Source of the DNA: Negativicutes bacterium
Lineage (GTDB): Bacteria; Bacillota; Negativicutes; UBA1444
Assembly (NCBI GenBank): GCA_963665275.2
Contig: CAXXIN010000013.1
Coordinates: 32,001-96,000 of the forward strand
Direction: 5' to 3'
Length of the DNA stretch: 64,000 nt
Part shown: one piece after another, positions 1 to 10,075 of the stretch
Position numbering within the stretch: position 1 is the stretch's first letter
How the letters are laid out: each line of letters opens with the position of its first letter
The notes under the pieces: model-generated
What the model saw: only the letters and a program-made list of their open reading frames with translations
Database searches by the model: none
Told to the model about the DNA's origin: nothing
Program-made: the position numbers and the translations under genes

Positions 1-1233
1 GTTCCAACCCAATACCTTCACAAACAGATATACCAACGGCATGCGGAAAACCCAGACCCCAAGAATGGTGACATACATCGGCCAGCGAGTATCTCCCGCG
101 CCGCGCATCGCCCCCGCCAAAACATAGGTCAGGGCAATCGTCGGTTGCTCGAAGGCGGCGATCATGACGCAGTAAGTTCCCCAATAAATAACGTCTGGAT
201 CCGTAATGAACAGGGCTGTCAGAGGTTCGGCAAATATCAGGAAAATTGCCGCCATGATGGTCATCGTGGTCACAGCCAACCAGCCGGTGACGCGTACGAG
301 CCGCTCCGCCAAGCGGGAGCGGTTGCGTCCGAGCGACCGAGCCACCAGCGTCATCACGGCCACCGAAAAGCCGAATCCCGGCAAAAACGACAACGACTCC
401 ACCTGCAGCGCGATCTGGTGAGCCGCGAACTGAACCGCGCCAACGCCGGTGAGCATGAAGGTAAACGTTATGCGCCCCCCTTGGAGAGCCGCCTGTTCCA
501 TTGCCGCCGGCAGGCTGATACGCAATATTTTTTTGACCGAATCCACCCGCCACTCCAGCAGGTCCTGCCACCGCAGCGCGATCTGCGGATTCAGCTTCAA
601 GACCGCCAAGGCTACCAAACCGCCCAATAGCTGCGCCAACCCCGTACTCCAGGCGACACCCATGACTCCGAGGCGCGGCAGTCCCACGCCAAAAATCAGC
701 AGATAAGAAAGCACTAGGGCGACGAGGTTGCTGAACGTGCCGATAAAAAAAGCGGTACGCGTCTTGGCAAGCCCGCGAAGCACCGCATTGCCGATCGACA
801 TCATCAAAAAAACCGGCGTGAATAAAAATAGGATCTCCAATAACCGCCCGGCAGTTTCAGCTACCGCCGGTTCCGCTCCGATGATCCGAAACAGGGGGCG
901 TGCGCCAAAAAATCCGGCTGCGGCAACCAGACTGCCCAGCAGGGCTCCCAGAGAAAGCGCCTGGCCCGTTGTCCGCCGCACTTCCCCCCATTGACCGGCG
1001 CCGCTCTCGCGTCCGACAATTGCGGAAGCGCCGGTTCCAAAAGCCGAGACGACCATTGCGCTCGCCAGCTGTACCATCGTGGCAATGCCGACCGACGCCA
1101 GAGCGACGGCGCCCAACCTGCCCACCATCGCGGTCGTCAGTACCCCTGTCAGCATTACACCGGACATTTCCAGGATAACCGGCCAGGAAAGCCCCAACAC
1201 TCGTTGCATCATAATTTTGTCATATTTTTTCAT
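1..1233 (-). CDS. MATE family efflux transporter (3' end runs off the window)
   Basis: Not in the ORF track because it has no stop in the window. Manual translation from ATG 1233 (RBS AGGAG): MKKYDKIMMQRVLGLSWPVILEMSGVMLTGVLTTAMVGRLGAVALASVGIA..., later GAVQFAAHQIALQVES and GAMRGAGDTRWPM, all typical MATE segments. Confidence 0.9.
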   Translation of the reverse strand, partial: MKKYDKIMMQRVLGLSWPVILEMSGVMLTGVLTTAMVGRLGAVALASVGIATMVQLASAMVVSAFGTGASAIVGRESGAGQWGEVRRTTGQALSLGALLGSLVAAAGFFGARPLFRIIGAEPAVAETAGRLLEILFLFTPVFLMMSIGNAVLRGLAKTRTAFFIGTFSNLVALVLSYLLIFGVGLPRLGVMGVAWSTGLAQLLGGLVALAVLKLNPQIALRWQDLLEWRVDSVKKILRISLPAAMEQAALQGGRITFTFMLTGVGAVQFAAHQIALQVESLSFLPGFGFSVAVMTLVARSLGRNRSRLAERLVRVTGWLAVTTMTIMAAIFLIFAEPLTALFITDPDVIYWGTYCVMIAAFEQPTIALTYVLAGAMRGAGDTRWPMYVTILGVWVFRMPLVYLFVKVLGWN

Positions 1234-1336
1234 GATCTGCTGCTCCTGTACCGAATTCCAAGAAAATTACTGCATCTATTATACACCCTACGATTTTTCG
1301 AAAGGAAATCTGGCATCGACAGCGAAACAAACTGAT

Positions 1337-3478
1337 ATGGAAAAGAAATTATTGTTCGCTCTGGATATAGGAACCCGCAGCATCGTCGCACTGATCGGAG
1401 AAAAAACCGAGGCGGGAATCCGCGTGCTTGCCGCCGAACGCTACGAACACACGACCCGGGCCATGCTCGACGGTCAGATTCATGACGTGCCGGAAGTGGC
1501 CAAAGTGATCCGCAGCCTTAAATTGAAACTAGAAAAAGACTTCGGCCCGCTCCGGCAAGTCGCCATCGCGGCGGCCGGTCGTTCTCTTTCGACTCTCAAC
1601 GCCACTGCCGAATTGGATGTGCACAGCCGCGGTTACCTGACGCAACAGGAGGAGCGTACGCTGGAGCTGACGGCGATTCAGTCCGCCCAGAAACAGCTGG
1701 CCACCTCCCGGGTAGTCAACGATCCTGCCAGCTATTATTGCGTGGGACATAGCATCGTGAATTTCTCACTGGACGGAACCATTATGAAAACCCTGGTGGG
1801 ACAGCGCGGACACAACGCTTCGGTGGAGATCATCTCCACGTTCCTGCCCCGGCAGGTCATCGACTCCCTCCAAGCGGCCGTTCAAACTGCCGGTCTGGAG
1901 ATCGGCACCCTGACACTGGAGCCCATTGCCGCCATCAATGTCCTGATCCCGCCGACGATGCGTCATCTGAATCTGGTGCTGGTGGATGTCGGCGCCGGCA
2001 CTTCAGACGTTGCCGTAACCCGGAACGGATCAGTCGTCGGCTACGGCATGGTTCCAATCGCCGGGGATGAGATTACCGAGGAACTATCGGGTCAGCATCT
2101 ACTCGATTTCAAAGTGGCGGAAGTTCTGAAACGCCGCTTGAATCGCAACGTAAAACACGTAAACTATGTTGACATCCTGGGACTGAAGCACAGCGTCCCA
2201 CCAGATGAAATCATCCGCGGCATCACTCCGGCCGTAACTGATCTGGCGCAGGCCATCGCCGCCCAGATCATGCTGCTGAACAACGCCGTCCCGCAGGCGA
2301 TCCTGCTGGTTGGCGGAGGAGCGCTGACCCCCTTGCTGCCGGAAATTCTGGCCCAAGTTATGGAGATGCCCCGGGAACGGGTCGCGGTCCGACGGCCAGA
2401 TGCCATCGAAGATATCCAGGGCGTCAGCGCCGAATTTTGTACGCCGGACGCGGTAACTCCGCTGGGAATCCTCAAAATCGCCGGCGCCGAAACGCTGAAT
2501 TTTTTAAATGTCGTGCTGAATGGCCAGCCCCTGCGACTGTTTAATCTGGGCGGACTCACTGTCGGCGATGCTCTATTGGCCGCCGGCATCGACGCTCGTA
2601 GCTTGGCCGGGCGACCCGGTCTGGGCATCACACTCAACATCAACGGGCAGCGCCTCTTCCTTCCCGGATCACACGGTCAACCAGGCCAGTTGACTACGAA
2701 TGAAAAGCCCGCCAATTTCAGTGACCCGGTCGCCGAAGGCGACGTCATCCTCGTCGAAAAGGGAGTGGACGGGCAAAGCCCTCAACCCTCTCTGGCAGCT
2801 CTGGCAGACTTGCCTGCGCCGTTCACTATGATACTGGAAGGAATTCAGCGCCAGGTCTCCCCCCTGATCTTCATTAATGAAAAGCCTGCATCCGCAGCCG
2901 AGAAGCTTCAGGACCGCGACACAGTCCTCTGGAGTCCGGCGGATACCGTAGAACGGGTTTTCCGTTCTGCCCAGATCCCGCTGGAACCACAACGTTTCAC
3001 TTATATCATCAACAACACGGAGCGGGTTCACTCAGTCTGGCCGGGTTTTTCCGTCAATGGCCGGTCGGCCGCAGCGGGATCGGCCATTTCGGCGGATGAT
3101 GACCTGCGCCTGGTTTCCCCCGCCCCTCCTTCAGTCAGTGATGTCATCGGCTTCCGCCAGGAAGATGTCGAACCGATTGAGGTCTTCTTCAACGGCGTTT
3201 CCTGTGCCGTTCCCACACGTCGCTTCAGTCTGAGCCTTAATGGCGCCGAAGCCGGTCTGGCGGATACGGCGCCGGACAACAGCGTCATCGAGTTTGTCCT
3301 ATCGCCCCCAACGCAGCCGACACTGGCCGATGTCCTGCTCGCCGCCGAATTCAATCCTGGCGAAGTGCCGACAACCAGCGGACTCACTGTAGTCGTCAAC
3401 AGTAAAGTGACCGAATATACGGCCTGCGTCAAAAACGGGGACCGAATCGATATCGTAACGCGGAATCCACAGCGATAA
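1337..3478 (+). CDS. FtsA-like actin-fold ATPase with long C-terminal extension of repeated ThiS/MoaD-like (beta-grasp) segments
   Basis: Start re-set to ATG 1337 (MEKKLLFALDIGTRS). Actin-fold motifs ALDIGT, LVDVGAGTSD, LVGGGA and TLEPIAA; C-terminus ends VKNGDRIDIV. Confidence 0.85.
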   Translation: MEKKLLFALDIGTRSIVALIGEKTEAGIRVLAAERYEHTTRAMLDGQIHDVPEVAKVIRSLKLKLEKDFGPLRQVAIAAAGRSLSTLNATAELDVHSRGYLTQQEERTLELTAIQSAQKQLATSRVVNDPASYYCVGHSIVNFSLDGTIMKTLVGQRGHNASVEIISTFLPRQVIDSLQAAVQTAGLEIGTLTLEPIAAINVLIPPTMRHLNLVLVDVGAGTSDVAVTRNGSVVGYGMVPIAGDEITEELSGQHLLDFKVAEVLKRRLNRNVKHVNYVDILGLKHSVPPDEIIRGITPAVTDLAQAIAAQIMLLNNAVPQAILLVGGGALTPLLPEILAQVMEMPRERVAVRRPDAIEDIQGVSAEFCTPDAVTPLGILKIAGAETLNFLNVVLNGQPLRLFNLGGLTVGDALLAAGIDARSLAGRPGLGITLNINGQRLFLPGSHGQPGQLTTNEKPANFSDPVAEGDVILVEKGVDGQSPQPSLAALADLPAPFTMILEGIQRQVSPLIFINEKPASAAEKLQDRDTVLWSPADTVERVFRSAQIPLEPQRFTYIINNTERVHSVWPGFSVNGRSAAAGSAISADDDLRLVSPAPPSVSDVIGFRQEDVEPIEVFFNGVSCAVPTRRFSLSLNGAEAGLADTAPDNSVIEFVLSPPTQPTLADVLLAAEFNPGEVPTTSGLTVVVNSKVTEYTACVKNGDRIDIVTRNPQR

Positions 3479-3483
3479 TCCAT

Positions 3484-3518
3484 AAAAAAAAGCAGACCTT
3501 TTATTGGCCTGCTTTTTT
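3484..3518 (+). terminator. Rho-independent terminator after ftsA-like gene
   Basis: AAAAAAAGCAGACC-TTTTATT-GGCCTGCTTTTTT: imperfect stem followed by a T run. Confidence 0.65.
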
Positions 3519-3776
3519 CGCCCGGTAATCCGGGTCAGGTTGCAGCGATGACAATGGGAGGCCAAGCGCAGGGTCTTCCCGAAAATCATGATCGCATGCA
3601 CCCTATCTGAAGATATTATAACACATAGCATTTTAATTTTGTAAATCGATTGCAAATAATTGTTTTTTCTTATCTATTATGTAACGCCCAGCAAGTGATT
3701 TGTCGCAAATCAGAAAGCGTGCACTTTTTTTCTTGAGTAATCAGTCTACTGCGTGAATGTCGATGGAGGATAGCCA

Positions 3777-6377
3777 ATGCCGGATCAAACCCCTGGAAAC
3801 AGACTGGGCAAATTGCTACGGACACAATCCCCTGTATTCTTTTTACTGCTGCTGGCTTTCTGTCTGACGATAGTCGGAGCTGCCTGGTATGAAGCGAATA
3901 CCCGCATCGATCGTGAATATCGTATCGAAATGGATGCCGTGTACCTGGAAGGCAGCAACTTGGCACGGTCTTTTGAAGATCACGTCCAACGCTCCCTTCG
4001 CGAAGTGGATGACACTCTTCTATCGCTCAAATTTAGTTACGAATCTCTAAATCAAATTTCCCGGCAGCAAATAACCCCGGATATCGTAGACTATATGCAG
4101 AAACGGCGCAATCTCCTGCTCGAACGGGTCTTCCTGCTCGACGTCGACGGCAATGTCCTGGCGGGAACGACCGCATTGACGCAGATCTCTGATGCCACAT
4201 TCAGAGAATTATACGACGCTTATGCAAAATCCAGCAATAGCCAGCTTTTTATCGGCAAACCGATTTACAACCATTCATTGGAGCGGTGGGCGCTCCCGGT
4301 TGGACGACGCCTGAACCATGCGGATGGCTCTTTCGCCGGCCTGGCCTGCGCGTTGCTCAACCCCTATTATTTTTCCGACTATTATCGGCAGATGGTTCTC
4401 GGGCATGACAAACAAGTTGCACTGATCGGCCACGACGGCATCGTGCGCGCCTGGCAGCACACGACTCGGGACAACGTCGGGAACGACCTCAGCGCCAACC
4501 CCGTCTTTCCTCCATGGGAAAAAGCTCCGTTAGGCCAGTTTGAAGCAACTGACCCCCAGGATGGGTTGCATCGTTTCTATATCTATCGTTCCTTGCTTGA
4601 ATTCCCCCTGATCGTCTCGGTCGGCATATCATCCGAAGACGCGTTGGCTAATTTCGATGAACGCCGGAGGTCATATTATACGGATGCGCGTATCTTCACC
4701 TTCTTTGTTGCTGGCTTCTTCTGTCTCTTCCTGTTTCAATTGCACCGAAAAAACTGCGCAGCTCAGGATCTGGAGAGGCGCAACAAGTTGCTGTCTTCCC
4801 TGCATGAGACTTCACTTGGAATCATGAACCGCCGGGACGTCGTTGATTTGCTCGAGGCTATCATCAACAAGGCCTGTGAAATCACCGGAGCTTCGACCGG
4901 CAGTGTCCTCCTGTTCAACGAGGAACGTACCGAGCGGGTCCGTGTGGTCGCAACCGGTCCAGCCAAGGAACTGCTAGGGTCCCGTCACGCCATCGACGAA
5001 GGCGCGGCCGGCCAGGTTTGGAAAACAGGCCATACCGTCCTGATCAACGACTATAAGAACTGGGAGCACCGCGTGTCTGCCGCGGCCAGTCTGGCGGAAG
5101 CCGTCGCCTACTTTCCCCTGAAAAGCACCGGAGAAATCGTTGGGATCATCGGCTTGTGGCATACGGAGCCGGGGCGTCGTTTTCTGGAAAGTGACATGGC
5201 AATGCTGGACCAGATCGCCAATCTGGCCTCCATCGCTTACGAGAATGCGTTCCTCTACCGCGAAGCGCAACGTGAAATCACCGACCGCAGACAAACGGAG
5301 GAACTGCTGCTGTTTCAAAACTTTCACGACTCCTTGACCAGTCTTTACAACCGCGCATATTTTGAGGAAGAACTCCAACGCATGGACAAGAGGCTTAGCG
5401 GCTCGGTCGGTTTGATTATGCTGGATCTGGACGGACTGAAATTAATCAACGATACCCTGGGACATGATCAAGGCGATGTTCTCCTGGCCTGTGCCGCCCG
5501 TATTCTATCTGTCAGTTTTCGCAGCGCTGATGTCGTGGCCCGGATTGGCGGTGATGAATTCGCCGTTTTGCTGAACCCGGCGGATGACGCAACCATGCAG
5601 GCGGCTTGCATCCGGGTTCGCCAAAAAATCGAGGAGTTCAACTCCAGGCAAAAACAAGCCCCCATCAGCCTCTCGATCGGCTATGCCGTTGCGGATGATC
5701 CTGCCGTCCCGATGCGTGAACTATTCCAACGAGCGGACAACAACATGTACCGTGAGAAATTGCATCGACGACAAAGCACCCGCAGCGCCATCGTCCAGAC
5801 GGTGATGAAACTGCTTGAGGCGCGCGACTATATCACCGAAGGGCATGCAGACCGCCTGCAGGCCATCGTAGCCAGGATGGGAACCGATCTGTTTTTTTCA
5901 GCGGAAAAATTATCGGATATGCGACTGCTGGCCCAATTCCATGATATCGGCAAAGTCGGCATCCCTGACAGCATCCTGTTGAAGCCGGGCCCGCTGACCA
6001 CTGGAGAAAAAACCGAGATGCAGCGCCATTCCGAGATCGGTCACCGTATAGCCCAGTCAGCGCCTGATCTCATCCCGATCGCGGACTGGGTGCTGAAACA
6101 CCACGAGTGGTGGGATGGCAACGGCTACCCGCTGGGTCTGTCCGGCGAAGAGATTCCTCTGGAAAGCAGGATATTGGCGATTGCGGATGCTTATGACGCC
6201 ATGACCAGTGATCGGCCTTACCGACAAGCTCTCTCACATACCGTAGCCTTGGCTGAAATCCGCAAGTGCGCCGGTACGCAGTTTGATCCCGAGTTGGTGA
6301 ACAAATTCATCATGCTCTATGAAAAAACCGGCCCCGACAAAGATTCCGGTGAAACCGATACGAAAGGAGAAGCATAA
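3777..6377 (+). CDS. Membrane-anchored Cache-GAF-GGDEF-HD-GYP c-di-GMP cyclase/phosphodiesterase
   Basis: Two TM segments flank a Cache-like region; GAF; RSAD I-site and intact GGDEF; HDIGK and HHEWWDGNGYP. Confidence 0.92.
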   Translation: MPDQTPGNRLGKLLRTQSPVFFLLLLAFCLTIVGAAWYEANTRIDREYRIEMDAVYLEGSNLARSFEDHVQRSLREVDDTLLSLKFSYESLNQISRQQITPDIVDYMQKRRNLLLERVFLLDVDGNVLAGTTALTQISDATFRELYDAYAKSSNSQLFIGKPIYNHSLERWALPVGRRLNHADGSFAGLACALLNPYYFSDYYRQMVLGHDKQVALIGHDGIVRAWQHTTRDNVGNDLSANPVFPPWEKAPLGQFEATDPQDGLHRFYIYRSLLEFPLIVSVGISSEDALANFDERRRSYYTDARIFTFFVAGFFCLFLFQLHRKNCAAQDLERRNKLLSSLHETSLGIMNRRDVVDLLEAIINKACEITGASTGSVLLFNEERTERVRVVATGPAKELLGSRHAIDEGAAGQVWKTGHTVLINDYKNWEHRVSAAASLAEAVAYFPLKSTGEIVGIIGLWHTEPGRRFLESDMAMLDQIANLASIAYENAFLYREAQREITDRRQTEELLLFQNFHDSLTSLYNRAYFEEELQRMDKRLSGSVGLIMLDLDGLKLINDTLGHDQGDVLLACAARILSVSFRSADVVARIGGDEFAVLLNPADDATMQAACIRVRQKIEEFNSRQKQAPISLSIGYAVADDPAVPMRELFQRADNNMYREKLHRRQSTRSAIVQTVMKLLEARDYITEGHADRLQAIVARMGTDLFFSAEKLSDMRLLAQFHDIGKVGIPDSILLKPGPLTTGEKTEMQRHSEIGHRIAQSAPDLIPIADWVLKHHEWWDGNGYPLGLSGEEIPLESRILAIADAYDAMTSDRPYRQALSHTVALAEIRKCAGTQFDPELVNKFIMLYEKTGPDKDSGETDTKGEA

Positions 6378-7126
6378 TGTTGCAGCAAGCCCAGCCTCAT
6401 AAAATCGCCCTTGTAACCGGTGGAGGCACGGGAATCGGTCGCGCCGTTTCCCTCGCCCTGGCAGCTCTGTCGATAGATGTAGCCGTAAACTATTCCCATT
6501 CGGAAGCAGAAGCCCGAGCTACCGTCAAAGATATCGAAGCCTGTGGCGCCCGCGGCTGGATCGTGCGCGCCGATGTCGCAGACGATGCGGCGGTCCGCGA
6601 GATGGTGCAGGCGGTCATCGGGCATTTCGGCCGTCTTGACTATCTGGTGAATTGCGCCGGCAAAACTGTTTATGTGGACATGGATGATCTGGAAGGACTC
6701 AAGTCCGAATACTGGGATCAGATCATGGATGTCAACGTCAAGGGTCTGTTCTCTGTCTGCCGGGCAGCAGCACCTCATCTGAAAGCTACCCAAGGCAGCA
6801 TCGTGAATATCACTTCCGTCGGCGGCATCACCGGCATGGGCAGTTCCATTGCCTACGCAGCTTCCAAGGCCGCCGCCATCAGCGTGACCAAATCCCTGGC
6901 GCGGGTATTGGCGCCGGAAGTCAGGGTCAACAGCGTCGCCCCGGGGATCGTCCTGACTCGCTGGGTGGATGGACGGGAAGAACATGTGAGAAAGCTTGGC
7001 GAACACACGCCGCTTGGACGCTGCTGTAGAGCGGAAGATGTGGCGGATGTCGTCGTTCCCCTGTTAGTCTCAGCTTCGATGATGACGGGGCAGACGGTCG
7101 TCGTCGACGGCGGCGCGTTTATGTAA
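6377..7126 (+). CDS. SDR family NAD(P)-dependent oxidoreductase
   Basis: TGGGTGIG, NCAG and YAASK motifs; TAATG stop/start overlap with the upstream gene. Confidence 0.92.
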   Translation: MLQQAQPHKIALVTGGGTGIGRAVSLALAALSIDVAVNYSHSEAEARATVKDIEACGARGWIVRADVADDAAVREMVQAVIGHFGRLDYLVNCAGKTVYVDMDDLEGLKSEYWDQIMDVNVKGLFSVCRAAAPHLKATQGSIVNITSVGGITGMGSSIAYAASKAAAISVTKSLARVLAPEVRVNSVAPGIVLTRWVDGREEHVRKLGEHTPLGRCCRAEDVADVVVPLLVSASMMTGQTVVVDGGAFM

Positions 7127-7136
7127 AAACCGTCGT

Positions 7137-7186
7137 AAAAAGAAAGCGCGGCATTGACATATAAATTGTCGATGCCGCGCTTTTTA
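7137..7186. terminator. Bidirectional intrinsic terminator between SDR and trpB2
   Basis: AAAGCGCGGCATTGACA-TATAAAT-TGTCGATGCCGCGCTTT, flanked by A and T runs, between convergent genes. Confidence 0.85.
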
Positions 7187-7199
7187 CTTACGCTAAATC

Positions 7200-8555
7200 T
7201 CAAATTTTCGGGAGGCAGGTCAGACTGTCAGCTAGGTCTTGCTCCGCACAAGGCACATCGACCATTTTTCCGGCCAGATAGTTGTCGTAGGAGGCCAGAT
7301 CCAGCAGTCCATGACCAGACAGGTTAAACAATATCGTGCGGGATTTCCCCTCTTCACGGGCAGCCAGCGCTTCGTCTATCGCGCCCTTGATCGCATGAGA
7401 GGACTCGGGCGCGGGCAGAATTCCTTCCGACCGTGCGAACAAGACCGCAGCCTCGAAGACTTCTTTCTGATTATAGGATTTGGCTTCGATATGGCCGTGA
7501 TGATACAAAGCGCTCACTAGCGGCGAGTCTCCGTGATAACGCAGGCCGCCGGAATGAATACCCGCAGGCATGAAGGCATGCCCCAAGGTATACATTTTCA
7601 TGATGGGCGTCAATTTTGCCAAGTCACCGAAGTCATACGCGTAAACGCCGCGGGTCAGCGTTGGGCAAGCCGAAGGTTCCACCGCGACCGCCCTGACTTT
7701 ATTCCCCTTTAACCGATCCGCTACAAAAGGAAATGCCGCTCCCCCGAAGTTGCTTCCGCCGCCATTGCAAGCAACCACAACATCGGGATAGTCACCGGCC
7801 TTTTCCATTTGCGCTTTTGCTTCCAGCCCGATGATCGTCTGATGTAATATGACATGGTTCAGCACGCTGCCCAGTGCATAGTTGGTATCGCTGCGCCCTG
7901 CCGCATCTTCGACTGCTTCCGAAATGGCAATCGCCAGACTGCCGATAGAATCCGGATTCTGGGCCAACACAGCTCGCCCGGCCGCCGTACGATCCGAAGG
8001 ACTGGGAATGACCGAACCGTTGAAAACCTCCATGAAGGATCGGCGATACGGTTTTTGCTGATAACTGACCTTTACCATGTACACCATGCATTCCATGCCG
8101 AAATAGTTGCAGGCCATGCTGAGGGCGCAGCCCCATTGTCCGGCGCCGGTCTCGGTCGCCAGGCGCTTGATCCCCGCCTGTTTGTTGTAGTAGGCCTGAG
8201 CCAGGGCGGTATTCAGCTTGTGACTGCCGACCGGGCTGGCGCCTTCATATTTAAAATATATTTTCGCCGGCGTATCCAGCGCTTTTTCCAATTCATAAGC
8301 CCGAACCAGCGGAGACGGACGCCATAGCGTATATTTTTCACGTACTTCATCCGGAATCTCGATCCAGCGTTCCTTGCTCATTTCCTGTTCGATGAGAGCC
8401 ATCGGGAAAATCGGGGACAGATCGGCGGGTCCGACCGGTTGCAAGGTCCCGGGGTGCAACGGTGGATCCAGCGGTTCCAACAGGTCAGCCTGAATATTGT
8501 ACCAAGCCTGTGGCATTTCACTTTCACTCAAATGGATCTTGCGGATTCTCGACAT
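7200..8555 (-). CDS. trpB2: TrpB2-type tryptophan synthase beta chain (PLP enzyme)
   Basis: [12 protein letters not shown] (PLP Lys), [24 protein letters not shown] and NLSGHG; about 450 aa, typical of TrpB2; no trpA in the window. Confidence 0.92.
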   Translation of the reverse strand: MSRIRKIHLSESEMPQAWYNIQADLLEPLDPPLHPGTLQPVGPADLSPIFPMALIEQEMSKERWIEIPDEVREKYTLWRPSPLVRAYELEKALDTPAKIYFKYEGASPVGSHKLNTALAQAYYNKQAGIKRLATETGAGQWGCALSMACNYFGMECMVYMVKVSYQQKPYRRSFMEVFNGSVIPSPSDRTAAGRAVLAQNPDSIGSLAIAISEAVEDAAGRSDTNYALGSVLNHVILHQTIIGLEAKAQMEKAGDYPDVVVACNGGGSNFGGAAFPFVADRLKGNKVRAVAVEPSACPTLTRGVYAYDFGDLAKLTPIMKMYTLGHAFMPAGIHSGGLRYHGDSPLVSALYHHGHIEAKSYNQKEVFEAAVLFARSEGILPAPESSHAIKGAIDEALAAREEGKSRTILFNLSGHGLLDLASYDNYLAGKMVDVPCAEQDLADSLTCLPKI

Positions 8556-8589
8556 CACTTCATCCCCCTCAATTTTTTATTCGAAAACA

Positions 8590-9258
8590 TTACCGGTATC
8601 GAATCACCACAGCGGTAACCGCGACAATCAGCGTGAGCACCAGGTAGTCCTGGCTGCGAAATGCGATCTGTTGGGTGAAAGTGCGTTTGGCACTGCCAAA
8701 TCCGCGCAGCTCCAAGCTCATTGCCATGGTTTCCGAACGGGTGATGGCCCTGAGCACCATTGGTTCCACCAATGCGGCATACGCTACGATGCGTTTCAGC
8801 GGGTTGCTGCTCTGCACATACCCACGGCAAATCTGTGCTTCCCGCACCGCGTGACTTTCCGCGATAAAGTCCGGCATAAAACGCAAAGCTGAGGTAAACA
8901 TAAAAGCATATTCATAAGGAATCTTCACCTGACTGACCAACGCCGCCGTCAGGTTGGGCAGTCGGGTCGTGCCCAACATCAATAGCACCGCCACCGTCAT
9001 AACCATCATTTTCAGGCCACTGGCCACAGCGATAGAAACTGCAACGTCAAAGGGCAGCTGAATGACGGAAAAAAACGCCGCCACCATCAACAAGCCAAAG
9101 AGTCCCTTCGCCAATTTGCGCAGTTGCCCGGCATAGGCAAGCAAAGCGATTTCAACGACCAACATGACTGCCAGCGGCGCTGGGTCCCAGATCAAAACGG
9201 TCCAGACCGATACGGCAATCGTCAGTAATAGATTACACAGAGGCGCCAGCGTCTTCAT
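8590..9258 (-). CDS. ecfT: ECF transporter transmembrane T component
   Basis: Hydrophobic protein with ALRFMP, AQICRG and SLELRGF motifs; start re-set to ATG 9258. Confidence 0.88.
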   Translation of the reverse strand: MKTLAPLCNLLLTIAVSVWTVLIWDPAPLAVMLVVEIALLAYAGQLRKLAKGLFGLLMVAAFFSVIQLPFDVAVSIAVASGLKMMVMTVAVLLMLGTTRLPNLTAALVSQVKIPYEYAFMFTSALRFMPDFIAESHAVREAQICRGYVQSSNPLKRIVAYAALVEPMVLRAITRSETMAMSLELRGFGSAKRTFTQQIAFRSQDYLVLTLIVAVTAVVIRYR

Positions 9259-10075
9259 CCGTTTTCCCTCCCAGCCGGTATTGTATGCGAACAGCCAATT
9301 CCTCCACGGAACGAACCGCACCTATAACTTGGGCAAGTTTGGCGGCGATAGCCGCCGCATCAGGAACCCGCAGGCCCCAGGTTCCCACATCGTGCGCAGG
9401 ATCAGCGAACAAATCCACCGTTGGTCCATCATAGACCTTCTCTCCCTGATGCAGAACCACGGTGCGCCGGGTATGCTCCAGCAACATTTCCATGTCATGT
9501 GTTACAAGGATCACACCGATTCCCTGCTGATTCAGTTTCCCCAGCAGCTCCATCAGTTGCATTTTTTCATTGGCATCCTGTCCGCTGGTAGGCTCATCAA
9601 GAATCAAGAGTCTTGGTTTCAGCGCCAATGCCGAGGCAATAGCGATCCTCTGACGGAAGCTGCGGGCCAAAGCGCGCGGATAGGCATCAGCAACCTCTGT
9701 CAATCCGGTCATGGCCAGAGCGTCATCCACCGCCGACTGCCGCTCGGCATCGCTCCAATCCATTTGCTCCGGTCCATACGCAACTTCAGAGGCCACAGTA
9801 TCCCGAAAAATCTGGCGATCCGGGTTCTGGAACACGTAGCCGACGGATCTCGCCATCACCGCAGGCCCACCCTCTTTGGCCGGTTTTCCGTCCAGCATTA
9901 CCTGACCTGCTGCCGGTTTTTCCAACCCCACCATCAGGCGGGTCAACGTTGTTTTTCCACTGCCGTTTCGACCGGCCAATCCTATGAACTCCCCGGCCTC
10001 AATGGACAGGGTAACGTTTTTTACTACCGGCGCGTGGCCGGGATAAGCAAAAGAAATCTGTTGAATTTCAAGCAC
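9233..10075 (-). CDS. ecfA: ECF transporter ATPase
   Basis: GRNGSGKTT, VFQNPDRQ and LILDEPT; signature motif deviant (LARSFRQR). Confidence 0.9.
   Translation of the reverse strand: MLEIQQISFAYPGHAPVVKNVTLSIEAGEFIGLAGRNGSGKTTLTRLMVGLEKPAAGQVMLDGKPAKEGGPAVMARSVGYVFQNPDRQIFRDTVASEVAYGPEQMDWSDAERQSAVDDALAMTGLTEVADAYPRALARSFRQRIAIASALALKPRLLILDEPTSGQDANEKMQLMELLGKLNQQGIGVILVTHDMEMLLEHTRRTVVLHQGEKVYDGPTVDLFADPAHDVGTWGLRVPDAAAIAAKLAQVIGAVRSVEELAVRIQYRLGGKTDEDAGASV

Noticed and set aside
145-1335. Several short plus-strand ORFs
   Set aside because: Antisense to the MATE gene, which the track missed because it lacks a stop in the window
1079-1336. N-terminal extension of the FtsA-like ORF
   Set aside because: Overlaps the divergent MATE gene; the fold begins at ATG 1337
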